Shown: in pieces, positions 1 through 21,129 of the stretch
Numbering within the stretch: the first letter of the stretch is position 1
Layout: every line of letters starts with the position of its first letter
Origin: the human T2T-CHM13v2.0 reference genome, Homo sapiens
Assembly (NCBI RefSeq): GCF_009914755.1
Contig: NC_060934.1
DNA: 64,000 nucleotides
Strand: one strand, 5' to 3'
Notes under the pieces: model-generated
What the model saw: only the letters and a program-made list of their open reading frames with translations
What the model was told of the DNA's origin: nothing
The model's database searches: none
Translations under genes and position numbers: made by a program

Positions 1-486
1 TAAAATGTTTTCCTTGAAGATTAGAAACAAGACAAGGATGTACACTCTTGTTACTTCTATTTATCAAAATACTGGAAATCCTAGCCAGCTCAATTAGGCA
101 ATAAAAAGAAAGAAAAGGCACCCAAATGAAAGAAAGAAAGAAAGAAAGAAGTAAAATTGTCTGTCTGCAGATTACATTATCTTATATTTAAACCCTAAAG
201 ACTCCACCAAAAAACTGTTAGAATAAATAAATTCGGTAAAGTTTCAGGATACAAAACCAAAGTGCAAAAATCGGTTGCAATTTAAATACTATCAACAAAC
301 TATCAGAAACAAAAATTAAGAAAACAATCTTAAATAGCATCAAAATGTTAAACTATCTAAAAATATCATGAGAAAACATAAACCAGAAAATAAAAAATAA
401 ATAAAATATCTAGGAATAAATTTAACCAAGCAGGTGAATGATCTGTACACTGAAAAACAATAAAACATTGATAAAAAATTGAATCA
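1..486 (+). mobile_element. Old L1 (L1M) ORF2 RT-region fragment, interrupted at ~487 by a younger L1
   Basis: Typical L1 ORF2 text (ACAAGACAAGGATG...CTGGAAATCCTAGCCAG...AAAGACTCCACCAAAAAACTGTTAGAA); degenerate, no ORF. Confidence 0.85.
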
Positions 487-2710
487 GGAAGCAGAGCAAG
501 ATGGCCAGAGCCCTCCAATGATCATTCCCCATGCCCTGCAGGAACACCAACCTGGACAACTATCCGCACAAAAAAACACCTTCATAAGAACCAAAAATCA
601 GGTGAGCAATCACAGTACATGGTTTTAACATCATATCAAGGACAGAGGCAGTGAAGAGGGAAGGAAAGAGTCTTGAATTGCCTACACTACCCCCATTCAC
701 TGGCAGCATCAAGTGGTATGAGAGAGATCTGTGTACTTGGGAGAGAGAGAGCAAAGTGATTATGGAACTTTGCATTGGAATGCTGTCACAGCAGAAAGCA
801 ACACAGGACACAGTTCAGCCAGCACTCACAGAGGAAGCATTTAGACCAGCCCTAGCCAAAGAGGAATTGTCCATTCCAGGGGTCAGAATCTGGATAGACC
901 CACCACCATGGGATGAAGTACTCTGGGATCCTAAATAAACTTGAAAGGCAGTCTAGACACAAGGACTGAAATTCCTGGGCAAGTCCCTATGCTAGCTGGG
1001 CTCAGAGCCAGTGGACTTGCTTGAGGTGTAGGTGACCCAGTGAGATATCACCTGGAGTGGCCAAGAAAGTGCTTGCCTCACTCCTCCCCGCCAACTCCAG
1101 GCAGTGCAGCTCACAAATGTGGGAGAAAAAAGAGTAAAGGGGACTTTGTCTTGCAACTTGAATACCAGCTCAGCCACAGTAAAATAAAGCACCAAGCAGA
1201 GTCCTGAAGCCCCAATTCTAAGCCATAGCTCCCAGATGAAATTTCTAGACTCATCTTGGGCCTGAAGAAAACCCACTGCCCTCAAGGAAAGAAGCCAGTC
1301 CTTGCAGAATTCACCCCCTGCTAACTAAAGAGCCCTTGGGCCCTGAATAAACATCAGTGGTAACCAGGCAGTAAGTACCATGGATTTTGGATGAGACTCA
1401 GTACATTGCTGGCATCATGTGCAACCCAGCACATTCCCAGCTCTGGTGGCCACAGGGAGGGACTCCTGCTTGAGGAAAGGAAAGGGAAAAGTAAAAAGGA
1501 CTTTGTCTTGTAACTTGGGTACCAGCTCAGTCTCGGTAAAATAAAGCATCAAGCAGATTCCTAAAATCCCCAATCCCAGGCCCTAGCTCCGAGATGGCAT
1601 TTATAGACTCACCCTGAGACAGAAGGTAAATTGCTGCACTGAAGAGAAAAATTCAGTCCTGGCCAGGATTCATCACCTGCTGACTACAGAGCCCTTGAAC
1701 ATTGAATAAACATCAGTGGTAGCCAGGAAATTGTCACCAGAGGCCTTAGGTGGGACCCAGTACTGTGCTGGCTTCAGGTGTGACCCAGCACAATCCCAGC
1801 AGTGATGGCTATGGGAGTGCTTGTGTCACCCCTTCCTCAACTCCAGGCACCTCAGCATGGAGAGAAAGACTTTGTCTGTTTGGGAGAAGGTATGGGAAGA
1901 GAACAAGAGACTGTCTGGTAATCCAGGGACTTCTCTCAGATTTCACCCAAGACCACTAAGGTGATACTTTTATGGGTCTGCAAGAGTCACAGCATTACTG
2001 AGTTTGGGGTTCCCCCTATTGTGTATTTGGCTGCAGTGACCAAATAATTCGATTACGACGCTCATTTCCCTTTGAATACTTGAAAAGCCTTCTCAAGAAG
2101 GACAAGTACAAACCAGCCCACACTGAAAAGATTAAATACCTAACTCTTTAATGCCCAGACACTGGCAAATATCCACAAGCATCAAGACCACCAAGGAGAA
2201 CATGACCTCACCAAACTAAATAAGGCATCAGTGACCAACTCCAGAGTTAGAGAGATATGTGACCTTTTACACAGAGAATTCAAAATAGCTGTTTTAAGAA
2301 ATCTCAATGAAATCCAAGGTAATACAGAGAGGGAATTCAGAATCCTGTTAAATATATTTAACAAAAAGATTGAAGTAATTTAAAAGAATCGAGCAGAGAT
2401 TCTGCAGCTGAAAAATTCAATTGACACACTGAAGAATGCATTAGAGTCTCTCAACAGCAGAATTAACCAAGCAGAAGAAAGAATTAGTCAGCTTGAAGAC
2501 AGGCTATTTGAAAATACACAGGGGAGTCAAAAGAAAAAAGAAAATAATGAAATTTATAAAATAGCTTCAAAAAGGCAAATATAAGTTATTGGTCTTAAAG
2601 TGGAGGTAGAGAGGGAAATCAGAGTAGAAAGTTTATTCAAGGAGATAATAACAGATAACTTCCCAAACCTAGAGAAAAATATCAATATTCAAGTGTAAGA
2701 AACCTATATA

Positions 2711-3840
2711 GGCCGGGCGGCGTGAGGGCTGGGGAACCTCCTCCCCGCCTGGGCACCCCGACCTTCGCGGCCCAGATCCTCCCGCCAGCCCAGCCCAGGG
2801 GGAGCGAGGCGACGGTTGCCGGGAAGCGCGCAGCACCCCTCCCTCCCATTCTTCGTCCTCCCCTGGCGCACCGCCCGTTTTTCCTCTTTCTCCGTTAAAA
2901 ACAACTGGGTGGCTGTGGGAAGAGGGAAGGTGGCGCCGGCGGAGTCTGGGCAGGCGCCTCCCACTCAGCCGCCAGCAGCCCTGGGAGCCGGAGGATGGCT
3001 GCGGTAGCAGCCACAGCCCCAGAGGAGGCGGTGCCCGACGCCCGGGGCGCCCAGCGCGCCCAGACCGGCAGTGGCCTTCATGGCGCACCAGAACCTAAAC
3101 CAGAGGCAGCCACACGGACACCTGAGCCGCCTCTTCCTGCTAGAGCCAGCGAGGTGTGCCCGCAGCCGAGACCCCTTCCTCTCCACGTCTCCTCGTCTCC
3201 TTGTCTCCCGTGCCCGCGTCAGGCCGCCAGCCTCGCCCACCTCCCCAGGAAGAGCGCGCCGGGCGCCGACTTCCCCTGGGGCGGCGGCCCTGGACGTGCG
3301 GGGGGTCTCTCTGGGCCGGCTGCTGCGCCTTGGCCCTGCCCTCTAGCTCCCGCGCTCGCTCCCGCCCTCCTGGCTCTCCGGGCGCGCCTGGCGGGGCAGG
3401 GCGGACATGGGCACCAAGCAGAGGAGCCGCACGCGCACGTACTGGGGCTCGGATCTACCTTCCAGTAGCAACGGAGGAGCCAATGGGACCGCGGGCGGCG
3501 GCGGGGGCGCTCGGGCCACCGCGGGGCGGTTCCCGGCTCAGATGCCCAGTGGGCACCAGCCCAGCGCCTCGGGCGGCGCTGCTGCGAAGGCCCTGGCAGC
3601 CCCGCGCAGCCGCTCCCGCGGCGGGGCCGTGGGGAGCGTGGCTTTGGGGGCCCGCGCAGCGCAGTCCTCCTTCAGCATGCCGAACAGTAGCAGCGGCCTA
3701 TAGGGCTTACAGGACTCGGTGCACAGCAGCGCTGAGGAAGGTGGCGCGGCCGGTCCAGGCCGGTGGGCGGGAGCCCCGCCATGCAATGCCTGGTGATCAG
3801 CACCTTCCAGCTCACCTCTTGCCGCCCATGTTTGGAGGTG
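2711..3840. promoter_or_regulatory. CpG island carried in with ZNRF2 exon 1
   Basis: Very GC- and CpG-rich with abrupt edges against AT-rich flanks. Confidence 0.8.
3407..3837 (+). pseudogene. ZNRF2P3: ZNRF2 pseudogene: exon-1 coding part only (5'UTR from ~2711); stop at 3701-3703 and a later frameshift; no UBZ/RING domains
   Basis: MGTKQ...GSDLPSSSNGGANGTAGGGGGARA...RFPAQMPSGHQPSASGG...SFSMPNSSSG*, then QDSVHSS and LPAHLLPPMFGG, matching the ZNRF2 N-terminus; P-number from recollection. Confidence 0.9.
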
Positions 3841-4148
3841 CTGAGAAACATGTCTGTTCTTCAAGAGCCAGCTAATCATTTTTACCAAGTATGATAATTA
3901 GCTGCCCTGATTCAGATACCATTTCCTTATTGTGACATAGGGGTGACTACTGTCAGAAAACCCTGAAAATGTTTTAAAACAAGAACTAATGGAGCTTGGC
4001 GATTCTTGCCACGCTTTTCCAGAGCTCGGACCTTGCTATTATTTGCTACTGGGCACCCACAAACCCTTGCTTATTAAACTGATCTCCTTCAAGACTCAAG
4101 AAAAGCGCCATGCGGCTCCCTCCTAGGGCTCTCCTGCCCTCTCCTCAC

Positions 4149-4660
4149 CAAAGCCCAGAGTGGTCTTCCTGGAGAACTGAGGCGCCTGCAGTTTGTGCAC
4201 CTTTTCCTGGAGCTGCGCCAGGAAATTATGTAACAACTGGAAGCAGCCCAGAAGGGTCTTGGCAATCACGTCCAGCTGCAAGCCATTTGGAGGTCTCAGA
4301 TTGCGCACCTCCTCCCGCCCCCTGGCAGGTTCCCTCTGCCTAGGGTCCAAAGCTACAGAGGCAGCCCGGACTCTTCCACCTCCTCCTCCATCTCTGGCTC
4401 CCTGGCTTGGGAGGCCCCTCAGCTTCAACTGGCTGGGGCGGGAAGATTGAAATGGCTGTGGAGCCGCTGCTTTTGAGCTTACTCCTCGTTTGCCCAACTA
4501 TTTTCTCATAGTTCCTGTTCTGGTGGAGCTGGGTCAATTTCCCACGCAGCCCAGCCCAGTAGGGCGAGGTCTGGAAAGGCCTCACTGGCCTCGCAGCCTC
4601 AACTACTTGTACCGGCCACCGCAGCGGCTGCGGACCTCCCAGTCGTCATGGCGACTGTGA
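4149..4660 (-). pseudogene. DPY19L2P5: DPY19L2 exon-1 pseudogene fragment (ATG 4509, immediate TAG, donor GTGAGG at 4148)
   Basis: MRK*LGKRGVSSK...LQLDVIAKTLLGCFQLLHNFLAQLQEKVHKLQAPQFSRKTTLG resembles the DPY19L2 N-terminus (MRKQGVSSK...LELEVVAKT...LAQLREKVQELQARRFSSRTTLG); P-number from recollection. Confidence 0.85.
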
Positions 4661-5045
4661 AATGTGGGGTGGAGGGCGTGCAGTCAAACCATTTCGCCCG
4701 GGCAGTCCCTGCATGTCCCCCAACGTGCTCTCCAGCGGCGCGCAGCACCCCAGCCTCCGCGCGTCCCCGAGCGTGCAGCCTTCCGTGAGGGCAGCCCCAT
4801 GCACAGCCCCCCAAACCCTCCCCCACGCCTGCAGCCCCCCGATGTGCGCAGTCCCCAAGCCCGCACGTGCAGTTCCCACATTGCGCGCAGCTCCACCTAC
4901 AGCCCCCCACACTCTCCCAGCCCCACTGGCGCAGAACCCATCACCGCTCGCCCTTCATGCGCTTCACTGGGCATGCAGCCCCGGGAGCACGCAGCTCCAC
5001 GCAGCCTCTCCGCATGCTCCCCAGCGCCTGCGGCCTCCTCTTAAC
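4560..5045. promoter_or_regulatory. GC/CpG-rich DPY19L2-type promoter region with degenerate (GCGCAGCCCC-like) repeats
   Basis: Directly upstream (minus strand) of DPY19L2 exon 1; repeated GC-rich units at 4720-5030. Confidence 0.6.
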
Positions 5046-5214
5046 AACTTTTGCCAGGACCACACATACCTGCCCGTGGGCTGAGTGGATTGGCAATGAC
5101 AATGGTGACAGCTGACATTTACTGAGTACATGCTGTGTTCCAGATGCTACATCTCCATTTCTTAGATGAAGAATCTAAGTCTCAGGGCCTCATCCAAAAC
5201 CATACAGCTAATAA

Positions 5215-5636
<422 letters not shown>

Positions 5637-5889
5637 TAGGGAGGTGTGGTAGATGGTGCTACCCTGGATCTGTAGTCAGGATTTGAAGAAGGGAGAAGGT
5701 ATTTGCTTGTGAAGAAGGCACCATGCATTGTGCTCAGTAGTGGTGACTGGAGAGAGAGCTGGGAGGGGCACAGGCAGCAAGGTCCCTGCTTAAAGGCAGT
5801 TATCTAGTTTGGAGAAACTTAGCTGGATAGTCAGTTCTAACATGCATTTGGCAAGCACTTATCATGCACTGTAAAGAGGCAATGTGTCT

Positions 5890-6130
5890 AGTTTGTTAGA
5901 GGGTGGGCTCTGGAGTCAGACTCCTGGCTTTGAACCCCAACTTCCCTGCCATTTTCAAATGACACTGGAGAAGTCACAAAACCTATTTCTGTCTCAGATT
6001 CCTCCCCAGTAAGAGTGGGATGTTAATAGTACCTCCTTTGGCTTGATATGAAAATTCAATAAGTTGATATATGCAGAACATCTTAGAACAGCGACTACCT
6101 TAGAGTAAATCTTCAGTAAGTATAAACTAA
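5890..6130 (+). mobile_element. MIR
   Basis: GGCTCTGGAGTCAGAC...TCTCAGATTCCTC...AATAGTACCT core. Confidence 0.7.
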
Positions 6131-6452
6131 TTATACTATGTTTTTGGCACTGAAGCCACGTCGCAGTGAGTAAGACAGTTCCTGACCTCAAGAATCTCAG
6201 AGTCTAGTACTGGAGACAGGTAAACAAATACTTGCAAAGTGTGTGGTGTGAGAGAGGTGTGACGGGTGGGCGGGAGCCTGCAGCAGGCACGTCTGACTCA
6301 TCCTAGGTGTGTATAGGGCAGAGAAGTTAGTCTAGGCTTTCTAGGGGCACTGATGTCTGGGCCAAGTCTTGCAGGGCAGGGAGCTAGTCAGGGGGAGCTG
6401 TAGTGATCCAGCTGGGGACTGAGCAGGAGGTGAAAGTGAGCAGCTCGCATCT

Positions 6453-6660
6453 GTAGCGTTGCCAGATTTAGCAACGGAAAGTACAGGATGCCCTATTAAA
6501 TGTGAATTTCAGATAAAATAATAACTTTTAAGAATAAGTATGTGTCATGCAATGTTTTTAGTATAAGTATGTCCCAAATATTGTATAACGACACAAATTA
6601 TTTGTTATTTATCTGAAATTCAAATTTCACTGGGCATCCTATGAAAAGTCTGGCAATTTT
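6453..6660. mobile_element. MER3/MER33-type hAT non-autonomous DNA transposon
   Basis: Inverted ends TTGCCAGATTT...AAGTCTGGCAA and internal inverted GAATTTCAGATAAA / TTTATCTGAAATTC. Confidence 0.7.
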
Positions 6661-6894
6661 ATCTGTCCACATTTAGGAAGGTGCAGTGTGTTTCAGAGTA
6701 GCTGGAGTGATGCAAGGAGGAAAGGCAGAGTGGGCCGGATGGGGCTGAGAGGCATGCAGGAGGCAGTTCATAAAAGACCTATTCTATGTTAAGGGATTTG
6801 GATTTTATCCTGAAATTAATGATGAGCCCTTGGAGAGCTTTAGCCACAGGGTTGTGAAACTGTAGCGATATCAGTGTCAGGCATGATGAAATGA

Positions 6895-7400
6895 GTGTTA
6901 GTTTCTATGGCTGAATAGCAAATTACTCCAAATTTAGAGTCTTAAAACAGTAAACATTTATTATCTCACAGTTTCTGTGTCTCAGGAATTCAGAGGCAAC
7001 TTAGCTGGGTGGTTCTGGCTGAGGTTTCTCATGAGGTTGTAGACAAGATGATGACCAGAGTGGCAGTTATCTAAAGGATACACTGGAGCTGGAGAATTTG
7101 CTTCTAAGGTGACTCACTCTAATGGTTGGGAAGGCACTGCTGGCTGTCAGCAGGAGAGCTCAGTTCCTTGCCACAGGGACCCACCACAAGACAACTTGAG
7201 CCTCCTCACAACATGATAGCTGCCTTAGTGATCCGAGACAGCAAAGTGACCTTAACTTTGGAAGTCATATGCCACCTTGTCATTCCCATATATCCTAGTG
7301 CTAACACAGCTCAGCCCTGCTCAGTGCAGAAGGGTCCTACACAACGATGTACATACAAGGAGGTGGGGATCATGGGTCATCTTGGAGGCTGCTTATCTGG
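6895..7400 (-). mobile_element. MaLR LTR (MLT1F-like)
   Basis: CATTTATTATCTCACAGTTTCTGTG...CAGGAATTC...TTAGCTGGGTGGTTCTGGCTGAGG motif. Confidence 0.7.
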
Positions 7401-7891
7401 GATGGGAGGCTTACATGGTGATGCCTGTGACCTTGGAAGTGGAGGAGAATGATGGGCGTACAGAAGAGTGGAGAAAGGCTGGGAGGAATAGAGATGTGGC
7501 AGAGGAGGGGAGGCAAAGAAAAAAGAAAGGGGGAAGGGATGTTGGAGCAGATTGTAGTCTGTCTGCAGCAAAGAGCATCACCAAAGCCATTCTAAGGGAA
7601 CTAGATCCACCTCCTTCTCTCCTGGGCATGCCCCAAAGATGGTTGTGGCCTCCAGAGAGGACCCCAAAAGAAAGCACAAAAACTAGACAGTGGGAGGGCA
7701 GTACCCAAAAGCCCTGAGTTTCTGAGCAAAATATTGAAAGTTTCTATGGTGAAATAGGAAGTTAACACGCTTAGGAAGAAAAAAGTGGTAATGATTCAAG
7801 GAAACATAATCACACACAGTTTCAGTCTTAATGGACAGGGGAGGACCCATAAAAGTAATCTATCATCTATCAATTGTATCAACTGTCTATC

Positions 7892-8371
7892 TGTGATACC
7901 CTACCCTGTTTTAACCTGAGTGACTCTCTCTTAGCTGAGAGAGCCGGACAGACTCCATTTTAGCTTCTTCACTTGCAGCCCCCTTATCCCCCCTCCCTTA
8001 GGGGAATAACTAGTGCAAGCTGACTCCAAGCACATCCAGGAATGCACTTACTGATAAGATATTGAGGCAAGCTGTACCAGCAGCTGCTGGGGATGTGCTC
8101 AGTGGATGGTACCCAAGCCCCTGCATTTATCTCTTTGTGATAGTTTAAGCCCCTGCACCTGGAACTGTTTATATTTCTGTAACTATCTCTGTAACCATTA
8201 ATTTTTTTAAACTTTTTGCCTGTTCTGCTTCCGTAAAAATTGCTTCAGCTAGGCTCCCCATCCCCTATTTAGATCACAGTATAAAAAGAAATCTAGCCCC
8301 TTCTTCAGGGCCGAGAGAATTTTGAGCTCTAGCCATCTCTCGGTTGCCGGCAGTAAAAGGACACCTGAATT
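7892..8371 (+). mobile_element. LTR6 (HERV-S71 LTR), U3+R only; U5 replaced by poly(A)
   Basis: TGTGATACCCTACC start, GACTCCATTTT, TATAAAA at 8280, GGCCGAGAGAATTTTGAGC, AGTAAA then A-tail. Confidence 0.8.
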
Positions 8372-9655
8372 AAAAAAAAGAAAAAAAGAAAAAGAAACTT
8401 ATGGGATACCAAGCAGATTTAACCCAAATAAGACTACCTCAAGATATTTAATAATCAGATTTCCAAATGTCAAAGATGAAGAAAGGATCCTAAAAGCAGC
8501 AAGATATAAGAAAAAGATAACATATAAAGGCGCAACACATCTGGCAGTAGATTTCTCAGTGGAAACCTTACAGGCCAAGAGAGAGTGGCATTATATATGT
8601 AAAGTGCTGGAGGAAAAACTTGTATTCTACAATATTAAATCCAGTGAAAATATCCTTCAAACATGAAGGAGAAATACTTTCCCAGACAAATAAAATCTTA
8701 GGGATTTTATCAACACCAGACTTATCCTACAGGAAATGTTAAAGGGAGTTCTTCGATCTGAAAAAAGAAAGGATGTTAACAAGCAATAAGACATCTGGCT
8801 GGGCGCAGTGGCTCACGCCTATAATCACAGCCCTTTGGGAGGCTGAGGCGGGTGGATCACAAGGTCAGGAGTTCAAGGCCAGCCGGGTGAAAGTCCGTCT
8901 CTACTAAAACTACAAAAATTAGCCAGGTGTGGTGGCAGGCAACTGTAATCCCATCTACTCATGAGGCTGAGTCAGGAGAATCACTTGAACCCAGGAGGCA
9001 AAGGTTCCAGTGAGCTGAGATCATGCCACTGCATTACAGCTTGGGTGACAGAACAAGACTCCATCTCAAAAAAAAAGAAAAGAAAAAGAATCTGAAGATA
9101 CAAAACTCACTGGTAACAATAAGTACATAGATAAATATAGAATATTATAACACTGTAATTGTAGTGTGTAAAATACTAATGCCTTGAGTAGGAATACTAA
9201 AAAATGAACCTATCAAAAATAATAAGTATAACAACTTTTTAAGACACAGCAAGTATAATAAGATATAAATAGAAACTAAAAAGTTAAAAAGTGGGAGAAT
9301 GAAGTTAAAGGGTAGAGTTTTATTTGTTTTCTCTTTGCTTGTTTGTTGCTTGTTTTTGCAATAAGAGGTAAGTTGTCAACAGTTTAAAACATGGGTTATA
9401 AAATGTTATTTGCAAGCCTTGTGGTAACCTCAAATCACAGATACACAAAAAAATATAAAACAAGAAATTAAAACATATCATGAGAAAAAATCACTTTCCC
9501 AAAAAGGCAGATAGGAAGGAAGAATGAGAAGACCACACAATGACCAGAAAACAAATAGCAAAATGGCAGCAGTAAATCCTACTTATTAATAATAAAATTA
9601 AATGTAAATGGACTAAACTCTCCAATCAAAAGACATAGAGTAGCTGAATGGATTA

Positions 9656-9978
<323 letters not shown>

Positions 9979-10804
9979 CTATAAAGATACACATAGATAA
10001 AATAAAGGGATGGAAAAATATACTCCATGCAAATGGAATTCCATGCAAATTGAGAAGGGCAGGAGTAGCTACACTTACAGAGATAAAAATAAAGTTCAAG
10101 ATAAAAACTATAAAAAGAGACAAAGAAGGTCATTATATAATGATTAAGGGATTGATTCAGCCAGAGGATGTACCAATTGTAAATATACCTATACCCATCC
10201 CTGGAGTACCCAAGTATATATAAAGCAAATACTATTTGAGCTAAATAGAGAGAGAGACTCCAATGCAATAATAGTTGGAGACTTTAACATTCCACTTTCA
10301 GCATTGGACAGATCATCCAGACAGAAAATCAATAAAGAAACATAAGACTTAATCTGAACTACAGACCAAATGGACTTAACAGATATTTACAGAATAACTC
10401 ATCAAATGGCTACAGAATACACATTCTTTTCCTCAACACATAGATTATTCTCAAGGATACACCATATGTTAGGCCACAAAACAAGTCACAAAATATTCAA
10501 AAAAATGGAAATTATATTAAGTATCTTATCTGACAAAAAAAGAAATAAAACTAAAAATCAATAACAAGAGAAACTTTGAAAACTGTTAAACAATAAACAA
10601 TATGGCCTGTATAACCAATGAGTCATTGAAGAAATTAAGAAGGAACTTTAAAAATTTCTTGAAATGGCCAGACACAGTGGCTCATGCCTGTAATCCCAAC
10701 AATTTGGGATGCCAGGATGGGCAGATCACCTGAGGTTGGGAGTTCAAGATCAGCCTGACCAACATGGAGAAACCCCATCTCTACTAAAAATACAAAATTA
10801 GTCA

Positions 10805-10945
<141 letters not shown>

Positions 10946-12938
10946 TCAAAAAAAAAATTACTGAAACATGAAAAGGGAAACACAACACACTGAAACATAT
11001 GGATGGGATATGGCAAAAACAGTAATAAGAGAAAAGTTTATAGCAGTAAGCACCTACATCACAAAAGTAGAAAAACTTCAAATAGACAACCTAAAGATGA
11101 ATCTTAAAGAACTAGAAAAGCAAGAGCAACCAAACCTAAAATTAGTAGAAAAAGAAATAATAAGGGACAGAGCAGAAATAAATAAAATTGAAATAAAAAA
11201 ATGAAAGATAAATAAAATGAAATATTGGTTTTCTAAAAAAACAAAACAAAAGCAGCAAACTTTTAGCCAGACTAATGAAGAAAAAAGAGAGGAGGCCCAA
11301 ATAAATAAAATCAGAGATGAAAAAGGAGACATTACAACCAACATTCAGAAATAGAGATACAACAGAAATTCAAAGGCTCATTAGAGACTATGGGTAACCA
11401 TACACCAATAAATTGGAAAACCTAGAAGAATGGATAAATTCATAGACACATACAAGCTACCAAATTCAACCTTGAAGAAATTCAAAACCTGAATAGACAA
11501 ACACCAAATAAAAAGATTGAAGCCATGATAAAAAGTCTCACAGCAAAGAAAAACCTAGGACCCAGTGGCTTCACTGCTGAATTCTACCAAACATTTAAAG
11601 AAGTAATAGCAATCCTACTCAGACTATTCTGAAAAAAATAGAGGAAGAGGGAATTTTTTCAAATGTATGCTACAAGGCCATTATTGCCTTGATACCAAAA
11701 CCAGACAAAGACTCTATACTTAAAAAAAAAAAGAAAAGAAAACTACAGGACAATATCTCTGATGAATATTGATGCAAAAATCCTCAACACAATCCTAGCA
11801 ACCCAAATTCAACAACACACTAAAAAAAATTCATTATGACCAAGTGGGATTCATCCCAGGAATGCAAGGATGGTTCAACAGGTAGAAATCAATTAATGTG
11901 ATATATTATATTAACAGAATGAAAGACAAAAACCATAGGATGTCAGGTGATGCTGAAAATTATTTGATAAAATGTAATATCCCTTTATGATAAAAAGGAT
12001 ATGATAGAAGGAACATACCTTAACATAATAAAAGGTGTATAAGACAGACCCACAGCTAGTATCATACTGTACAGTAAAAAACTAAAAGCCCTTCCTTTAA
12101 GATCTGGAAAGTGACATGGATGCCCACTTTCACAACCGTTAATCAACATAGTACTGGAAGTCTCTAGTTGGAACTTCCAGTTTTGGAAGATAAGAGAAAG
12201 AAAGAAAAGGCATCCAAATTGGAGAAGAAGAAGTCAAATTATGCTTATTTGCAGATGATATGATCTCATATTTGGAAAAATCTAAAGACTCCACAAAAAA
12301 ACAATTAGAACTGATAAATTCAGTAAAGTTGCAGGACACAAAACTAACATACAAAAATCAGTAGCATTTCTATGTGCCAGTAGCGAACAATCTGAAAAAG
12401 AAATCAAGAAAGTAATTCCATTTACAATAGTTTCAAATATAATAAAATACCTAGGAATAAACTTAACCAAAGAAGTGAAAGATCTCTAAAATGAAAACTA
12501 TAAAATATTAATGCAAGAAATTGAAGAGGAAACACACAAAAAATGGAATGACATTCTGTGTTCATAGATTAGGATAAACAATATTGTTAAAATGTCTATA
12601 CTACCCACAGCAGTCTACAGATTCAATGCAATCCCCATCAAGATACCAATGACAATCTTCATAGAAATAGAAAAAATTATTCTGAAATTATATGTAACCA
12701 CAGAAGACCCAGAATAGCAAAAGCCACCCTGAACAAAAAGAATAAAACTGGAAGAATCACATTGCCTGACTTCAAATTATACTACTGAGCTGTAGTAACC
12801 AAAACAGAAAGAGACTGGCACAAAAATACACATATAAACCAATGGAACAAAATAGAGAATGCAAACATAAATCCATGCATCCATAGTGAACTCATTTTCA
12901 ACAAAAGTGCCGTGAACATACATTGAGGAAAGAACAGT

Positions 12939-18245
<5,307 letters not shown>

Positions 18246-19329
18246 CCTTCTACTTTTTAAGAAATCATTGATCATTTGGATTTTCCCAGAAATAGTTCTA
18301 TTCATTTTATAACTTAGTAACAGAGTTACTTATATTTGTCTACATATTTTTCCTCCCAAACTTGATCTTAAATCCCCTTTCTAGATTACATTAATGATTA
18401 AATTCTTCCAGTTTTCAACCAACCAACAACTACAATGATCTTTGAGGAATTACAGAGCAGAAAGAGCAGGGGAAATATTTGCAATACTGTTTATAAATAG
18501 CATAAATCTAACACAATGAGTTTTTGTTTTTTAACTGATTCTGTGGTATCAGAAAAAGTTCCCAAAATGTTGGTTTGTGCAGCAAATCATTAGAAAGGAA
18601 CTACCATGCCACCAGGGGCTGTGCCAGGTAATGGGGACACCACCAACAAACTGACAACTACCACATTTGGACCTGTCACTCCTCACCCTTGATTTTCAAA
18701 CTTGCATACTCAAATATCCGCTTAATATCTCCACTTGGATTTTACCCAGCAAATAAAACTCTGTGTGTCTACAGTGCAACTTCAATCCCTCTGACACAAA
18801 TCTACTCCACTCCTAGATTTCTCCTCTACTAAAAGGCAATTCCCGTTTTCCATTTACTCAAAACGTTGAAGCTTTGAGTCCCCTCTGGAGTCATCTTTGA
18901 CTTTACCTTTTCTTTCACTGCATAACCAATACAGCATAAACACCACCCACTCTGTCTCCAAAATGTACTCAGTCTTACTAGTTCTCTCCATCTGCACAGC
19001 CAGCACCCTCTCTATCCCAAGATACCATCACCCTACAAATTAGCCTCACTCTACTCATGTTTTCCCAACACACATTGGTATCACATATAGATAAACAAGA
19101 AATGTGGCAAAATATCAATACCATTTTACCAGGTGATTAATGCTATTACACTGCTTCATAATTCTTTTCATTTTTTATATTATCTGTAAAAATGCAAATA
19201 TTATGATACTTTTATTATGTGAGAAATTTCATACTTTTTATTTTGGTTGACTACCACTCTTTTCTCTTTGATATCATTCAATTATTTGCCTCTCTATTAA
19301 AAAAAAACTAGTACCTACATCCATCTATA

Positions 19330-20164
<835 letters not shown>

Positions 20165-20494
20165 TTACTTTATAACGCCATCCTCTTCAGCAATGGAACC
20201 TAACAGAAAGATGGAGATAGATAAGCATTGAAGACTGTGGCTCACACTTGTAATCCTAGTACCTGTAATCCCAGCTGAGGCAGGAAAGTCACCTGAGGCC
20301 AGGATTTCGAGACCAGTCTGGGCAATATAGTGAGACTCCATTTCTATTTAAAAAAAAGAAAAGAAAAAAAGAGTACTGGTAGTATTCAGAGAGAAAATGA
20401 TTAATCACAACAATGTTGGTACAACTGACTACCTGTTTATAGTGTAAAATTAGGGCCTCACAGCCATTCACAATAATAATGTTACAAATGGAAG

Positions 20495-20709
20495 CAGGGG
20501 TTGGCAAACTATTACAAATGGGCCCTATCCAGCCAGTTTCAGTTTTTATAAATAATTTTCTTGGGACACTAGCCACACCCATTTATTTACCTATTGTCTA
20601 TGGCTGCTTTTAAGCCGAAATGACAGAGCTGAGTACTTGAAACTCCACTTTGCCCAATGCCCAAAATGTTTACTTTTTGTTGTTTGTAGGGAAAGTTTGC
20701 CAAGCCCTG
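20495..20709. mobile_element. MER58A-like hAT DNA transposon
   Basis: TIRs CAGGGGTTGGCAAACT / AGTTTGCCAAGCCCTG. Confidence 0.8.
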
Positions 20710-20750
20710 GATTACAGAATTTATCTTTAAAATTAGGAGTAAATAAATGA

Positions 20751-21129
<379 letters not shown>

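Noticed and set aside
900-1900. ~357-bp tandem repeat units
   Set aside because: They lie within the L1 5'UTR and are most simply intrinsic monomers of that L1 family
2669-3875. Many overlapping 90-240 aa ORFs on both strands
   Set aside because: Expected in very GC-rich DNA; only the 3407 frame matches a known protein (ZNRF2)
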